A stretch of DNA of 64,000 nt from an uncultured Acidimicrobiia bacterium (GTDB lineage Bacteria; Actinomycetota; Acidimicrobiia; Acidimicrobiales; AC-14), in the NCBI GenBank assembly GCA_963836205.1, contig CAWIIV010000019.1:1-64000 (forward strand), given 5' to 3'. Both the position numbers and the translations under genes were made by a program. Below the pieces are notes generated by a model. The model saw only the letters and a program-made list of their open reading frames with translations, had not been told where the DNA came from and made no database searches. Shown here piece after piece: positions 9,315-19,519 of the stretch (position 1 is the stretch's first letter; every line of letters begins with the position of its first letter).

Positions 9315-10438
9315 CAGATGTTCCCGAAGTTGGAGCCGCAGACGCCGAGGCCGTAGCCGTCGAGTCGTGCGTCGGCGGTGGTGCCGAGGGTGGTGATCTC
9401 CCGGAGGGCGACGATGACGCCGGACTGGTCGGCGTTGCCCACTGCCTCCGTCAGCGCCCGGGCCTTCGCCGTGACCTGGTCGAGCGCGGCCAGCATCTCC
9501 GCCACCGTGGCCTCGTCGCCGGGCGGTACGGGGAGGGCCCGCAGCCCGTCGCCGACCCGCACCTGGATGACGAGGGCGGCCTCGAGATAGTCGTGCAGGT
9601 CGTCGAGATCGTCGGTGCTGGGGTCGCCGAGCTCGTCGAACTCGTCCGACGCGGCCCGGCACAGGGCGTCGGCCCTGGCCACCAGGCCGGCCTTGACCAC
9701 GGACTGGGCGCCCTGGCTCAGCGTCTGCACGGTCGGCAGGAGCCCGCTGCCGCAGGCCGTCATCCCGTAGGCGCCCGACGCCCCGGCGGTGTCGGCGGCG
9801 GCGGTGGACAGCTGCTTCATGGCCGCCACGGTGGCAGCGTCGTCCTTCTGGACCGCGGCCTCGTGCAGACCGCGGGCGGCGGCGGTGGTGGCGGCGAAGT
9901 CGTCGACGACGGTGCGGGCCTCGGCACCGGCGCTGCCGCCCGGTTGGGGGACCTGGCGCAGCTGGCCCAGCTCACCCTCGGCGGCAGTGGAGAAGATGGT
10001 GGCGGCGGTGGCCAGCTCGGGGTAGCTGGAGGGCCGGGTGATCGCCAGCATGGCGTCGGCCGGGCGGCAGATGGCGTCGGCCCGGGCGATGAAGCTGCCC
10101 CGGGACGCTCCGCCGCCGCGACCGGCGAGCAGGTAGCCGACGCCGCCGGCCAGGACCAAGGCGCCGACGACCACGGCGACCATCGTGCCCACGCCGAATC
10201 TTGGCTTCCCGGCCGGGGACTCGGGCGCGGGCGCCCGCCGGGACCGTGTTCGAGGAGGGGGCGGCGGGGGCGGAACCGGGCGGGCCGCCGCCAGTTGCTC
10301 CTCCCGTTGGCGCCACAGGTCGGCGATGGTCTCCGAGGCCGAGGCCGAGGGCGAGGCGGGCGTGGACGACCGGTGGGCGGAATGGTCCCCCCCGTCGCCG
10401 TCGTCCCCGCTGTCGTCGTCGTCCGTCGTGTTCGCCAT
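9314..10438 (-). CDS. Single-TM protein with two tandem Cys-bracketed helical repeats
   Basis: Pro-rich N-terminus, TM segment, then twice ARADAxC...YGxxxCGS; coupled to S8 gene. Confidence 0.7.
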   Translation of the reverse strand: MANTTDDDDSGDDGDGGDHSAHRSSTPASPSASASETIADLWRQREEQLAAARPVPPPPPPPRTRSRRAPAPESPAGKPRFGVGTMVAVVVGALVLAGGVGYLLAGRGGGASRGSFIARADAICRPADAMLAITRPSSYPELATAATIFSTAAEGELGQLRQVPQPGGSAGAEARTVVDDFAATTAAARGLHEAAVQKDDAATVAAMKQLSTAAADTAGASGAYGMTACGSGLLPTVQTLSQGAQSVVKAGLVARADALCRAASDEFDELGDPSTDDLDDLHDYLEAALVIQVRVGDGLRALPVPPGDEATVAEMLAALDQVTAKARALTEAVGNADQSGVIVALREITTLGTTADARLDGYGLGVCGSNFGNI

Positions 10439-10553
10439 CGTTCCATCCCCCGGTCGGTCGGCAGCCCGGCGATGGAAACCCACTCCTCGCCGTCCTCCTG
10501 GTATCGACCGTGCGGGGACGCCGATTGAGGCATTTCCGGGCAAGCTCTGGGCC

Positions 10554-10967
10554 ATGGCGTGGACCTGCCCCCACTGCCGGCGCCAGTTCCGCCGGGCCCG
10601 CCAGTCCCATGAGTGCGCCCCCGCGATGACGCTGGAGGAGTACTTCTCGACCGGCCCGGCTCGGGAGCGGCCCATCTTCGAGGCGGTGATGGACGCCCTC
10701 GACGAGGTCGGACCGGTGCACGTGGAACCGGTGTCGGTGGGGATCTTCCTGAAGCGGGCGGGCTCGTTCGCCCAGCTCCGGCCCATGCAGCAGTGGGTGG
10801 CCCTCTCGCTCGGGCTGCGGCGGGTGGTGTCGCACCGGACGATGACCCGTCGGGTGCAGCCGTGGAGCGGGCGCCAGTATCACGTGTTCAACCTCCGGGG
10901 CCCGGACGACGTCGACGCCGACATCCGGGCCTGGCTGGTCGAGGCCTATCTGGACGCACCCGAGTAG
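10554..10967 (+). CDS. DUF5655-like protein with N-terminal Zn-ribbon
   Basis: WTCPHC...HEC, C-terminal DVDADIRAWLVEAY. Confidence 0.75.
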   Translation: MAWTCPHCRRQFRRARQSHECAPAMTLEEYFSTGPARERPIFEAVMDALDEVGPVHVEPVSVGIFLKRAGSFAQLRPMQQWVALSLGLRRVVSHRTMTRRVQPWSGRQYHVFNLRGPDDVDADIRAWLVEAYLDAPE

Positions 10968-10985
10968 TCCTCGCCCGGGTGGGTA

Positions 10986-11216
10986 GTGTCGGACCCGATG
11001 CCGAGATGCGAGAACTGCGGGCTGCGGCTGGAGGACGAGACGGCCACCCTGTGCCCGTCGTGCGCCTACCGGCGCAAGAAGCTGGCCCAGCAGGCGGCCC
11101 AGGCCGGCACCGCGGTCGAGGCACCCAAGGCCCCGCCGCAGGCGCCCGACCGCGACGCCCTACGGGAGCGCATGCGGGTGGTCGAGGAGACCCTCAAGGA
11201 GCCCCCGCCGGCGTAG
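10986..11216 (+). CDS. Small CxxC...CxxC protein
   Basis: CENC...CPSC; coding-like codon usage. Confidence 0.6.
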   Translation: MSDPMPRCENCGLRLEDETATLCPSCAYRRKKLAQQAAQAGTAVEAPKAPPQAPDRDALRERMRVVEETLKEPPPA

Positions 11217-11236
11217 GCCGCCCGGCGGGGATCACC

Positions 11237-11275
11237 TCCCGGTCGGCTCCCGGCCTCCTCCCAGCGGTTTCCCAG
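11237..11275 (+). promoter_or_regulatory. Four 11-bp-phased direct repeats (OmpR-family box)
   Basis: TCCCGG/TCCCGG/TCCCAG/TCCCAG at 11237, 11248, 11259, 11270. Confidence 0.6.
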
Positions 11276-11298
11276 GTTTTCGGTCGATGATGGAGGGC

Positions 11299-12020
11299 AT
11301 GAGCTCAGACCTCGCACCGATCGACGACCCTTCACCGTTCCCGTTTCCGTCCCCGTCCCGCCGCCAGGTCCTCATGGCCGGCGCGGGCGCGCTCGCCGCC
11401 ATCGTCCTCGCCGCCTGCGGCAGCGACGGCGACTCTGCCAGCTCCGCCCCCGACACCACCACCGGCGCACGTCCGCCACCACGCCGTCCACCGGCGCACC
11501 GGCGGGAGGCGCCACCGCCACGACCCTGGCGCCCACGCCGTCGTGCAACGACGACGACGACCCCACGCCCGAGCAGACCGAAGGCCCCTACTTCAAGGCC
11601 AACTCGCCCGAGCAGACCGACCTGCGGGCCGGTGCCGGCGGCGGCACAGCCCTCGACCTGTCGGGCACGGTGGTCACCACCGCCTGCCAGCCGCTCGCCC
11701 AGGCCAAGATCGAGTTCTGGCAGGCCAACGATGCCGGCGAGTACGACAACACCGGCTACACGCTGCGCGGCCACCAGTTCACCGACGCCCAGGGCCGCTA
11801 CGCGGTGAAGACGGTGATGCCCGGGCTGTACCCCGGCCGCACCCGCCACATCCACGTCAAGGTCCAGGCTCCGAACTCGTCGGTGCTCACCAGCCAGCTC
11901 TACTTCCCGGGCGAGCCCGGGAACTCGTCCGACGGCATCTACCGGGACGAGCTCCTCCTGGCCATCAAGGACGCGGCCGCCGGCAAGAACGGGACGTTCA
12001 CCTTCGTCCTGAACGGGTAA
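11299..12020 (+). CDS. Tat-exported intradiol dioxygenase-like lipoprotein (apparent frameshift near 11470)
   Basis: SRRQVL Tat motif, LAAC lipobox; EGPYF, WQAND.GEYD, YPGRTRHIHVKV in the second frame. Confidence 0.8.
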
Positions 12021-12029
12021 CGACCTGGC

Positions 12030-12557
12030 GTGACCCCGGGCATCTCGACCCTGCCGCCCCCGCCTGACATCAGGCAGGTGCGGAGGGGCCGGTTCGGCCG
12101 GCGGGTGTTCACCGTCGTCCTCGTCGTCTTCCTGGGCCTGGGGCTGCTCGGCCTCTACGGCGTGCGCACGGGTGAGACCCAGGCCACCGGCGGCGGGTAC
12201 GAGCTGACCGTCACCTACACCAAGATCACCCGTCCCGGCCTGGCCACCCCGTGGGCGGTCGAGATCCGCCGGGCGGGCGGCTTCGGTGACGACCAGGTCG
12301 TCGTCGCCGTCACGTCGTCCTACTTCGATGCCTTCGACGAGAACGGCCTCGACCCTGATCCGGCCGAGTCGGTGAGCGACGGGGAGCGGAGCATCTGGAG
12401 CTTCGATCCCCCGCCGGGCGACGTGATGTCCGTCAGCTTCGACGCCCGCATCGAGCCCGGCGTGCAGCTGTCCCGGGTCAAGGGGGAGGTGTCGGTGCTC
12501 GATGCGTCCGGGGCCGACGTGGTCACCGCCGCCTTCCGCACGCTGGTCCTGCCGTAA
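12030..12557 (+). CDS. Hypothetical membrane-anchored protein
   Basis: N-terminal TM followed by beta-rich domain; coupled to DUF421 gene. Confidence 0.65.
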   Translation: MTPGISTLPPPPDIRQVRRGRFGRRVFTVVLVVFLGLGLLGLYGVRTGETQATGGGYELTVTYTKITRPGLATPWAVEIRRAGGFGDDQVVVAVTSSYFDAFDENGLDPDPAESVSDGERSIWSFDPPPGDVMSVSFDARIEPGVQLSRVKGEVSVLDASGADVVTAAFRTLVLP

Positions 12558-13039
12558 TGGAACTGATCATCCGGGCCACGTTCCTCTACTTCTTCCTGTG
12601 GCTGGTCGCCCGGGGCACCGGCAAGCGCGAGCTGTCGGAGCTGACCGCCTTCGAGCTGATCCTGCTCGTCACCATGGGCGACCTCATCCAGCAGGGCGTC
12701 ACCCAGGAGGACATGTCGATCATCGGCGCCTTCCTGGCCGTCGGCACCCTTGCCTTCTGGATCCTCGCCTTCGGGTACCTGGGGTGGAAGTTCCCCCGGT
12801 CCCGGCCCGCCATCGAGGGCGTCCCGGTGGTGGTGGTGCGCGACGGCAAGCCGCTGGACGAGGTGCTGAAGCTGGAACGGTTGGTGCTCGACGAGGTGTG
12901 CGAGAGCGCCCGCAACCAGGGCATCTCCGACCTGGCCCAGGTGAGGATCGGGGTGCTCGAGCCCGACGGGAAGTTCTCCTTCATCCGGACCCACGACACC
13001 GAGAACGGGCCCCGGTCGCCCGAGAAGCACATCTCCTGA
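12557..13039 (+). CDS. DUF421 (YetF) family protein
   Basis: GKRELSELTAFE, EGVPVVVVRDG, VLEPDGKFSFI. Confidence 0.9.
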   Translation: MELIIRATFLYFFLWLVARGTGKRELSELTAFELILLVTMGDLIQQGVTQEDMSIIGAFLAVGTLAFWILAFGYLGWKFPRSRPAIEGVPVVVVRDGKPLDEVLKLERLVLDEVCESARNQGISDLAQVRIGVLEPDGKFSFIRTHDTENGPRSPEKHIS

Positions 13040-13051
13040 GCCCGTCGGCGT

Positions 13052-13684
13052 TCAGGCGGGGGCGGAGCGGTCCTCGATCTCCCAAGCGTGGTCGAGGACG
13101 TGCCAAGCAATGCGGCGGGCGGCGTAGCGGGGCAGCCACCCCTTGCCGGGCACCGGCCGGGAGCCGTCGGACGCCCGGAGAACGTCGACGATCAGCCGGC
13201 GAACCTCTGGCTGCCTACTCTCGATGGCGAGGGTGCGGGCGTAGCTGACCTCGGACTCCTCCACGTGGGCGACGATCCGGTCGCGGTCACGGCCCCCGCC
13301 CCGGGGTCCTTTCCGCAGCTCGGCGGGGGCGCCGGCCACGACCCGGTCGAGGACGACCCAGGTCGCCGCCACCAGGGCCGCCATCCGCTCGGCGGCGGCC
13401 GGGTCGAGAGGTTCGTCGTCGCGGGCGGCGGCCTTGTCGGGCGCGCCGAAGTCGGTGGTGGCCGAGCCGGGGATGCGCTCCACCACGTGGAAGTCGGCCC
13501 CCCACCCGGGCGGGAGGGCGATCCCGGCCTGGGCCGCCACCGGCGCGTACCGGACGGCGCTGGCGGCCAGGGCCTCGACGGCGGCCTCGTCGCCTTTCCC
13601 GGCCCGGCACCATCCGGGCCAGTCGAGGGCGCAGGCAAAGACCTTTTTCGACCCCTGCTCGAGGTAGATCTCGATCGGGGTCAC
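13052..13684 (-). CDS. Conserved actinobacterial protein, DinB-like C-terminus
   Basis: FACALDWPGWCR...WHVLDHAWEIEDRS; GTG overlaps upstream stop. Confidence 0.7.
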   Translation of the reverse strand: MTPIEIYLEQGSKKVFACALDWPGWCRAGKGDEAAVEALAASAVRYAPVAAQAGIALPPGWGADFHVVERIPGSATTDFGAPDKAAARDDEPLDPAAAERMAALVAATWVVLDRVVAGAPAELRKGPRGGGRDRDRIVAHVEESEVSYARTLAIESRQPEVRRLIVDVLRASDGSRPVPGKGWLPRYAARRIAWHVLDHAWEIEDRSAPA

Positions 13685-14844
13685 GGGGCCCAGGCCAGGG
13701 AGGCGTCCAGGCCCAGGAAGGCGGCCACCCGGGCCACCTCGGCGTCGAGGAGGCGGAGGTGGGTGGGGCCGAAGGTGGTGGTCGGTTCGACGGTGATCCG
13801 GAGGTGGCGGCCCGTGGTCCTGCGCCACCAGAGCCCGCCGACGACCCCGTCGACCAGCACCACCGACACGCCCACCACGTGCTCCAGTCTGCCCTTGGGA
13901 TCCCGGGCGATCCGCGCTTTGGCCGCAGGCGGGACCAGACGCTCCCGCTGGCGGTGTCCGAGGACGTAGCTGTCGTACTGGGGCAGGAGCCGGAGCGTCG
14001 GCGTGGAGGACGGTGGCGGATCGACGGCGGTGGCGGCGGCGCGCTCCCCCGCCATCCGCCACCGCCGGCGCCCGTCAGCCTCGATCGTCACCTCGTCCAG
14101 CTCGAGGCGGAGGGCCTCCACGTTGCGGATCGCGTCGACCGGCGCCGTCCCCAGCCAGGCCGCGACCTCGGCCTCCGAGGCCGGGCCGTAGGCGGCCAGG
14201 AACCGTCGGACCAGCTCGATGGTCGCCGCTTCCGGGTCGGTGGGCGCCGACGGCCACCCGTCGACCCACTGGTCGGCCCGCACGAACGTCACCCGGCTGC
14301 CGACGCTGGGCCCGAAGCACAGGACGCCGGCGAAGGCGGCCGGGCGCAGCAGGCTCCCCCAGTTCGACCGAGCCCGCTCCTCGACCTCGGCCCCCAGCCG
14401 GAGGCCGACGGCGGTGGCGAGCTCGTCGCGGGTGAGGCGGCGACCGTCGAGGGCGTCGGCGAAGGCGTCGACGAGAGCGCTGGCGCTCACCCCGTCGAGG
14501 CCGAGGGTGGCGAGGAGGGCGTCGCCCCGCCAGAAGGGATGGTCGCCCACGGCCGCCATGTACAGGGGCACGTCGGCCGCGGCCAGCAGGTGGATGGTGC
14601 CCCGGGGCCCGTAGGTCTTCACCAGCGACCGCTCCTCCCACAGGGCGGCCCGGACGTCGGCCACCCGCAGGTCGGGGATGCGGGCGCTGAGGGCCAGCTC
14701 GGCCGCCGACAGCACCTGGGCCTGGATCCCGCACGCCCGGCTGACCACGGGGGCCAGGTCGGAGGGGGTGGCGGGCACGGTGAGGTGGTTGGTGGCCAGC
14801 CGGCGGGCGTCGACCTCGTCCCAGGTGAGGTTGGCCGTGGTCAG
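13681..14844 (-). CDS. AlkZ/YcaQ-like (HTH_42) DNA glycosylase family protein
   Basis: GIQAQ motif, RGTIHLL, RRFLAAYGPAS, LLPQYDSYVLGH; probable CTG start. Confidence 0.85.
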   Translation of the reverse strand: MTTANLTWDEVDARRLATNHLTVPATPSDLAPVVSRACGIQAQVLSAAELALSARIPDLRVADVRAALWEERSLVKTYGPRGTIHLLAAADVPLYMAAVGDHPFWRGDALLATLGLDGVSASALVDAFADALDGRRLTRDELATAVGLRLGAEVEERARSNWGSLLRPAAFAGVLCFGPSVGSRVTFVRADQWVDGWPSAPTDPEAATIELVRRFLAAYGPASEAEVAAWLGTAPVDAIRNVEALRLELDEVTIEADGRRRWRMAGERAAATAVDPPPSSTPTLRLLPQYDSYVLGHRQRERLVPPAAKARIARDPKGRLEHVVGVSVVLVDGVVGGLWWRRTTGRHLRITVEPTTTFGPTHLRLLDAEVARVAAFLGLDASLAWAP

Positions 14845-15299
14845 CCTTCATCTCCGGCGCCGTCGGCGGCCAGGAGCTTGCGCAGCAGGTCGCGCAGGGT
14901 GCGCTGCTCGTCGTCGGTGAGGGCGGCGAAGAACGGGGGCGGCTCGCCGAGACGGCCGAGGAGCTCCTGGCGCGCCTCCATCCCCTCCGGCGTGAGCGCC
15001 ACCACCCGTGACCGCCGGTCGCCGGGGTGGGCCTGGCGCTCGACCCATGCCCGCTCCTCCAGGTCGTCGACCATGACGGTGACGTAGGACGCGTCGCAGT
15101 GCCACTCCACGGCCAGATCCTTCATGGGCCGGGCCGGTCCCGGGCCCATGGTGACGAGAGCCCGCATCTGCCCGGGCGTGATGCCGAAGTGGTCGCAGAT
15201 GGCGGCCATGCGCCGGCGGTTGGCCTCGCTCGTCATGAGCTCGAAGAAGCAGGCCCAGGCTTCGTGGGCCACCGACCCCTGCGCCACTTCCGGCCCCAT
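14841..15299 (-). CDS. MarR-family regulator
   Basis: MKDLA..WHCDASYVT.MVDDLEE...DRRSRVVALT. Confidence 0.9.
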   Translation of the reverse strand: MGPEVAQGSVAHEAWACFFELMTSEANRRRMAAICDHFGITPGQMRALVTMGPGPARPMKDLAVEWHCDASYVTVMVDDLEERAWVERQAHPGDRRSRVVALTPEGMEARQELLGRLGEPPPFFAALTDDEQRTLRDLLRKLLAADGAGDEG

Positions 15300-15329
15300 G
15301 CGGGAAGGGTAGCAGGGTAGACCTCCGTC

Positions 15330-15375
15330 ATAAACTGTTTAGTTGACTCAAGAAAATGCTTGATCGCACTCAACT
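15330..15375. promoter_or_regulatory. AT-rich divergent promoter with probable MarR operator
   Basis: TTGA-N6-TCAA at 15360-15373 between marR and ABC genes. Confidence 0.45.
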
Positions 15376-15394
15376 TCGGCGCGACGATCACGGG

Positions 15395-16399
15395 ATGAGC
15401 GATCCCGCCATCCTGGTGGAGGGCCTGGTCAAGCGCTTCGGCGAGGTGGTCGCGGTCGACGGGGTCAGCTTCGAGGTCCCCCCGGCCACCATCCTCGGAC
15501 TCCTGGGGCCGAACGGCGCCGGCAAGACCACCACCGTCCGCATCCTGACCACGATCCTCCGCCCCGACGAGGGCCGGGCCGTCGTGCTCGGCCACGACGT
15601 CGCCCGTCAGCCGGCGGCGGTGCGGGAGATCATCGGTCTGGCCGGCCAGTTCGCAGCGGTCGACAACAACCTCACCGGCCGGGAGAACCTGCGCATGATC
15701 GGCCGCCTCACCCACCAGCCCAAGGCGGTGGTGGCGCAGCGGGCGGGCGAGCTGCTGGAGCGCTTCGGGCTGGCCGACGCCGCCGAGCGCACGGTGCGAA
15801 CCTACTCGGGCGGCATGCGCCGGCGGCTCGACCTGGCCGCCGCCCTCGTCCACCGGCCGCCGGTGCTCTTCCTCGACGAGCCGACGACCGGCCTCGACCC
15901 CCGCGGCCGCAGCGACCTGTGGGCGGTGATCTCGGAGCTGGTCTCCGACGGCACGACGGTGCTGCTCACCACCCAGTACCTGGAGGAGGCCGAGCGGCTG
16001 GCCGACGACGTGGTCGTGATCGACGGGGGCAAGATCATCGCCCACGGCACGCCCCACGACCTCAAGGCCACCGTGGGAGCGACGATCGTCGAGGTCCGCC
16101 TGGCCGACGCCGCCGACGCCCGCCGGGCCGCCGACCGGCTTTCGCCCATCGGGCCGACCGAGACCGGCTCCGACGGGCGCACGGTGTCGGTCACCGTCCC
16201 CGACGCGGGCCGGGCCGTGCTCGACGCGGTCCGCGTTCTCGACGGCGCCGGGCTGGTGCCCGAGTGGCTCACCGTCCGCGAACCCACCCTCGACGACGTG
16301 TTCCTCCAGCTCACCGGCCACCGGGCGGAGGCGCCGGACGAGGCCGAGGGCGACGCGGAGGCCGTGCCCGTCGGCGGCCGGAAGCGGGGTGCGGCATGA
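15395..16399 (+). CDS. DrrA-like ABC exporter ATP-binding protein
   Basis: GPNGAGKTT, YSGGMRRRLDLA, LDEPTTGLDP. Confidence 0.92.
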   Translation: MSDPAILVEGLVKRFGEVVAVDGVSFEVPPATILGLLGPNGAGKTTTVRILTTILRPDEGRAVVLGHDVARQPAAVREIIGLAGQFAAVDNNLTGRENLRMIGRLTHQPKAVVAQRAGELLERFGLADAAERTVRTYSGGMRRRLDLAAALVHRPPVLFLDEPTTGLDPRGRSDLWAVISELVSDGTTVLLTTQYLEEAERLADDVVVIDGGKIIAHGTPHDLKATVGATIVEVRLADAADARRAADRLSPIGPTETGSDGRTVSVTVPDAGRAVLDAVRVLDGAGLVPEWLTVREPTLDDVFLQLTGHRAEAPDEAEGDAEAVPVGGRKRGAA

Positions 16400-17199
16400 C
16401 CGCCACCACCCTCCCCCTGCCCGCGGAGCACAAGTCGAAGCTGGGCTGGGCGGTCAGCGACGCCCTCACCATCGCCCAGCGCAACCTCATCTCCCTGTTC
16501 CGGGTGCCGACCACCCTCGTCTTCTCGACGATCCAGCCGGTGATCTTCGTCCTCATGTTCCGCTACGTCTTCGGAGGGGCGATCAACGTCCCCGGCCTGC
16601 GCTACGTCGACTTCCTGATGGCGGGGATCTTCGTCCAGACCGTCACCTTCGGGAGCGTCAACACCGGGGTGGGGCTGGCCGAGGACCTGTCCAAGGGCCT
16701 GATCGAGCGCTTCCGGTCACTGGCCATGGCCCGCTCCGCCGTCCTCGCCGGCCGCACCCTCGCCGACACCCTCCGCAACCTCATGGTGATCGTGCTGATG
16801 CTGCTGGTGGGCTTCGGCGTCGGCTTCCGGGTCCACACCAACCCCTTCGCCCTGCTGGGTGCCGTGGGGGTGATGTTGCTGTTCGGCTTCGCCATGTCGT
16901 GGGTGATGGCCAACCTGGGGCTGCGGGCAGGCACCGCCGAGGGGGCACAGGCGGCCGCCTTCCCGCTCATGGCCCTGCTGGTCTTCGCCTCCAACGCCTT
17001 CGTCCCCACCGCCACCATGCCCGGCCCGCTACGGGCCTACGCCAACCACCAGCCGATGACCGCCGCGGTCGACGCGGTGCGAGCTCTCACCATCGGGGGG
17101 CCCACCGCGGGCAAGGTGTTCACGAGCCTGGCCTGGTCGATCGGGATCGTCGCCGTGTTCGCACCGCTGGCGGTGCGGCGCTACCGGCGGACAGCCTGA
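16396..17199 (+). CDS. DrrB-like ABC-2 permease
   Basis: Six-TM pattern, IERFRSL, SNAFVP. Confidence 0.9.
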   Translation: MTATTLPLPAEHKSKLGWAVSDALTIAQRNLISLFRVPTTLVFSTIQPVIFVLMFRYVFGGAINVPGLRYVDFLMAGIFVQTVTFGSVNTGVGLAEDLSKGLIERFRSLAMARSAVLAGRTLADTLRNLMVIVLMLLVGFGVGFRVHTNPFALLGAVGVMLLFGFAMSWVMANLGLRAGTAEGAQAAAFPLMALLVFASNAFVPTATMPGPLRAYANHQPMTAAVDAVRALTIGGPTAGKVFTSLAWSIGIVAVFAPLAVRRYRRTA

Positions 17200-17318
17200 C
17201 GCGTCTCCACCCGCACCCGGACAAGCTGGGCCTGTACGCGGGCCCGCTCGGCGAGGGCCATCCGGAGGATCAGTGTCGACGCCAGCGCCATGGCGCCGAA
17301 CTGCATCATGAGGTCCAT
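17181..17318 (-). CDS. 45-aa small membrane protein (not in ORF track)
   Basis: MDLMMQFGAMALASTLILRMALAERARVQAQLVRVRVETRQAVRR*; high third-position GC. Confidence 0.45.
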   Translation of the reverse strand: MDLMMQFGAMALASTLILRMALAERARVQAQLVRVRVETRQAVRR

Positions 17319-17833
17319 GACGGCTGTATCGGCTGTTTGAGCCGCCAAGTTGAGGATTGGGCTCGGGGTGGTGGCGTCCTCGTCGATTGGCGGATCTGCT
17401 CCGCGCCTGTGACGGCGGCCGGGTCCGACGTCGCTGAAGCCGACCGGTCCGGCGGCCGGCTGGCCCGGGAGCCCGCGGCCCGATCGGAGCGCCGCGGAGG
17501 CGCTCCCCCTTGGGTACGGGTCGCCCGACGCGCCGGTCGCACGGCTCTATCGTCTTGCCGGGTTGCCTTCCAGCTGACAGCCACCGAACAGGCGCAGGTC
17601 GCCGGAGACCGGCAGGGACCAATGGGGGATCCGTTCGGGGTCGGTAGGCGTCCACGGGCCTCCCTCGCCTCCAGCAACCGGGCCCCGAGGCGCCGGCGGC
17701 GGCGTTTGATCTGGTGGCTGAAGTCGATCACGGGTCCCGTTCCGCGGCGCGGGACGGTCGGCAAGCGACCCACGCGGGCCGGAGGGGCGAAAGTCCGCGG
17801 GCGCGGCGGAGGTCTCCGCCGTAGGCTCGGGGC

Positions 17834-18202
17834 ATGGACTGGAAGCTTGAGCTGGTGGCGGTGCCCGTGTCCGACGTCGACCGGGCCAAGGCCTTCTATA
17901 CCGACCAGGTCGGCTTCGTCGCCGACCACGACCACCGGGTGAGCGACACCATGCGCTTCGTGCAGCTGACGCCGCCCGGTTCGGCCTGCTCCATCGCCAT
18001 CGGGACCGGGATGTCGGACACCGTCGCCGGCTCGGTGAGCGGATTACAGCTGGTGGTGGCCGACATCGACGCCGCCCACGACGAGCTCGCCGGGCGAGGG
18101 GTGGCCGTCAGCGACGTCCAGGACTTCCCGTGGGGCCGGTTCGTGTTCTTCCAGGACCCGGACGGCAACGGGTGGGCCGTCCAACAGATCCCGGCCCGCT
18201 GA
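17834..18202 (+). CDS. VOC/glyoxalase-family protein
   Basis: VPVSDVDRAKAFY...FQDPDGNGW. Confidence 0.9.
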   Translation: MDWKLELVAVPVSDVDRAKAFYTDQVGFVADHDHRVSDTMRFVQLTPPGSACSIAIGTGMSDTVAGSVSGLQLVVADIDAAHDELAGRGVAVSDVQDFPWGRFVFFQDPDGNGWAVQQIPAR

Positions 18203-18217
18203 AGCCGGGCCAACCGC

Positions 18218-19189
<972 letters not shown>

Positions 19190-19191
19190 GC

Positions 19192-19434
19192 CTACTGCTT
19201 GTAGCCCTCGACGGTGGACTCGGGCCTCACCTCGGCGTCGTCGGGATCGAGTCCCGCCGCCCGCCGGGCCCGGCGCTGGCGGAGCAGGTCCCAACACTGG
19301 TCGAGGGCGACTTCCAACCGCCGCAGCTCGTGGGCGTCCTCCGGGGGCAGCCCCTGGCCGACGTGCTGTTCCTCCAGCTTGTGCTCCTTGGCCACCAGGG
19401 CCGCGATGCGATCGAGAACCTCGTGATCGTCCAT
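19192..19434 (-). CDS. DUF2630 family protein
   Basis: [17 protein letters not shown]...[10 protein letters not shown]. Confidence 0.88.
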   Translation of the reverse strand: MDDHEVLDRIAALVAKEHKLEEQHVGQGLPPEDAHELRRLEVALDQCWDLLRQRRARRAAGLDPDDAEVRPESTVEGYKQ

Positions 19435-19519
19435 GGGCGCCTCCTGGGGAGAAGCCTAGATATCCCAAGGGCGGTAGCGGTCAAGCAACCGCTCCTTCCG
19501 TCGTCCGAGCCATTCCCGC

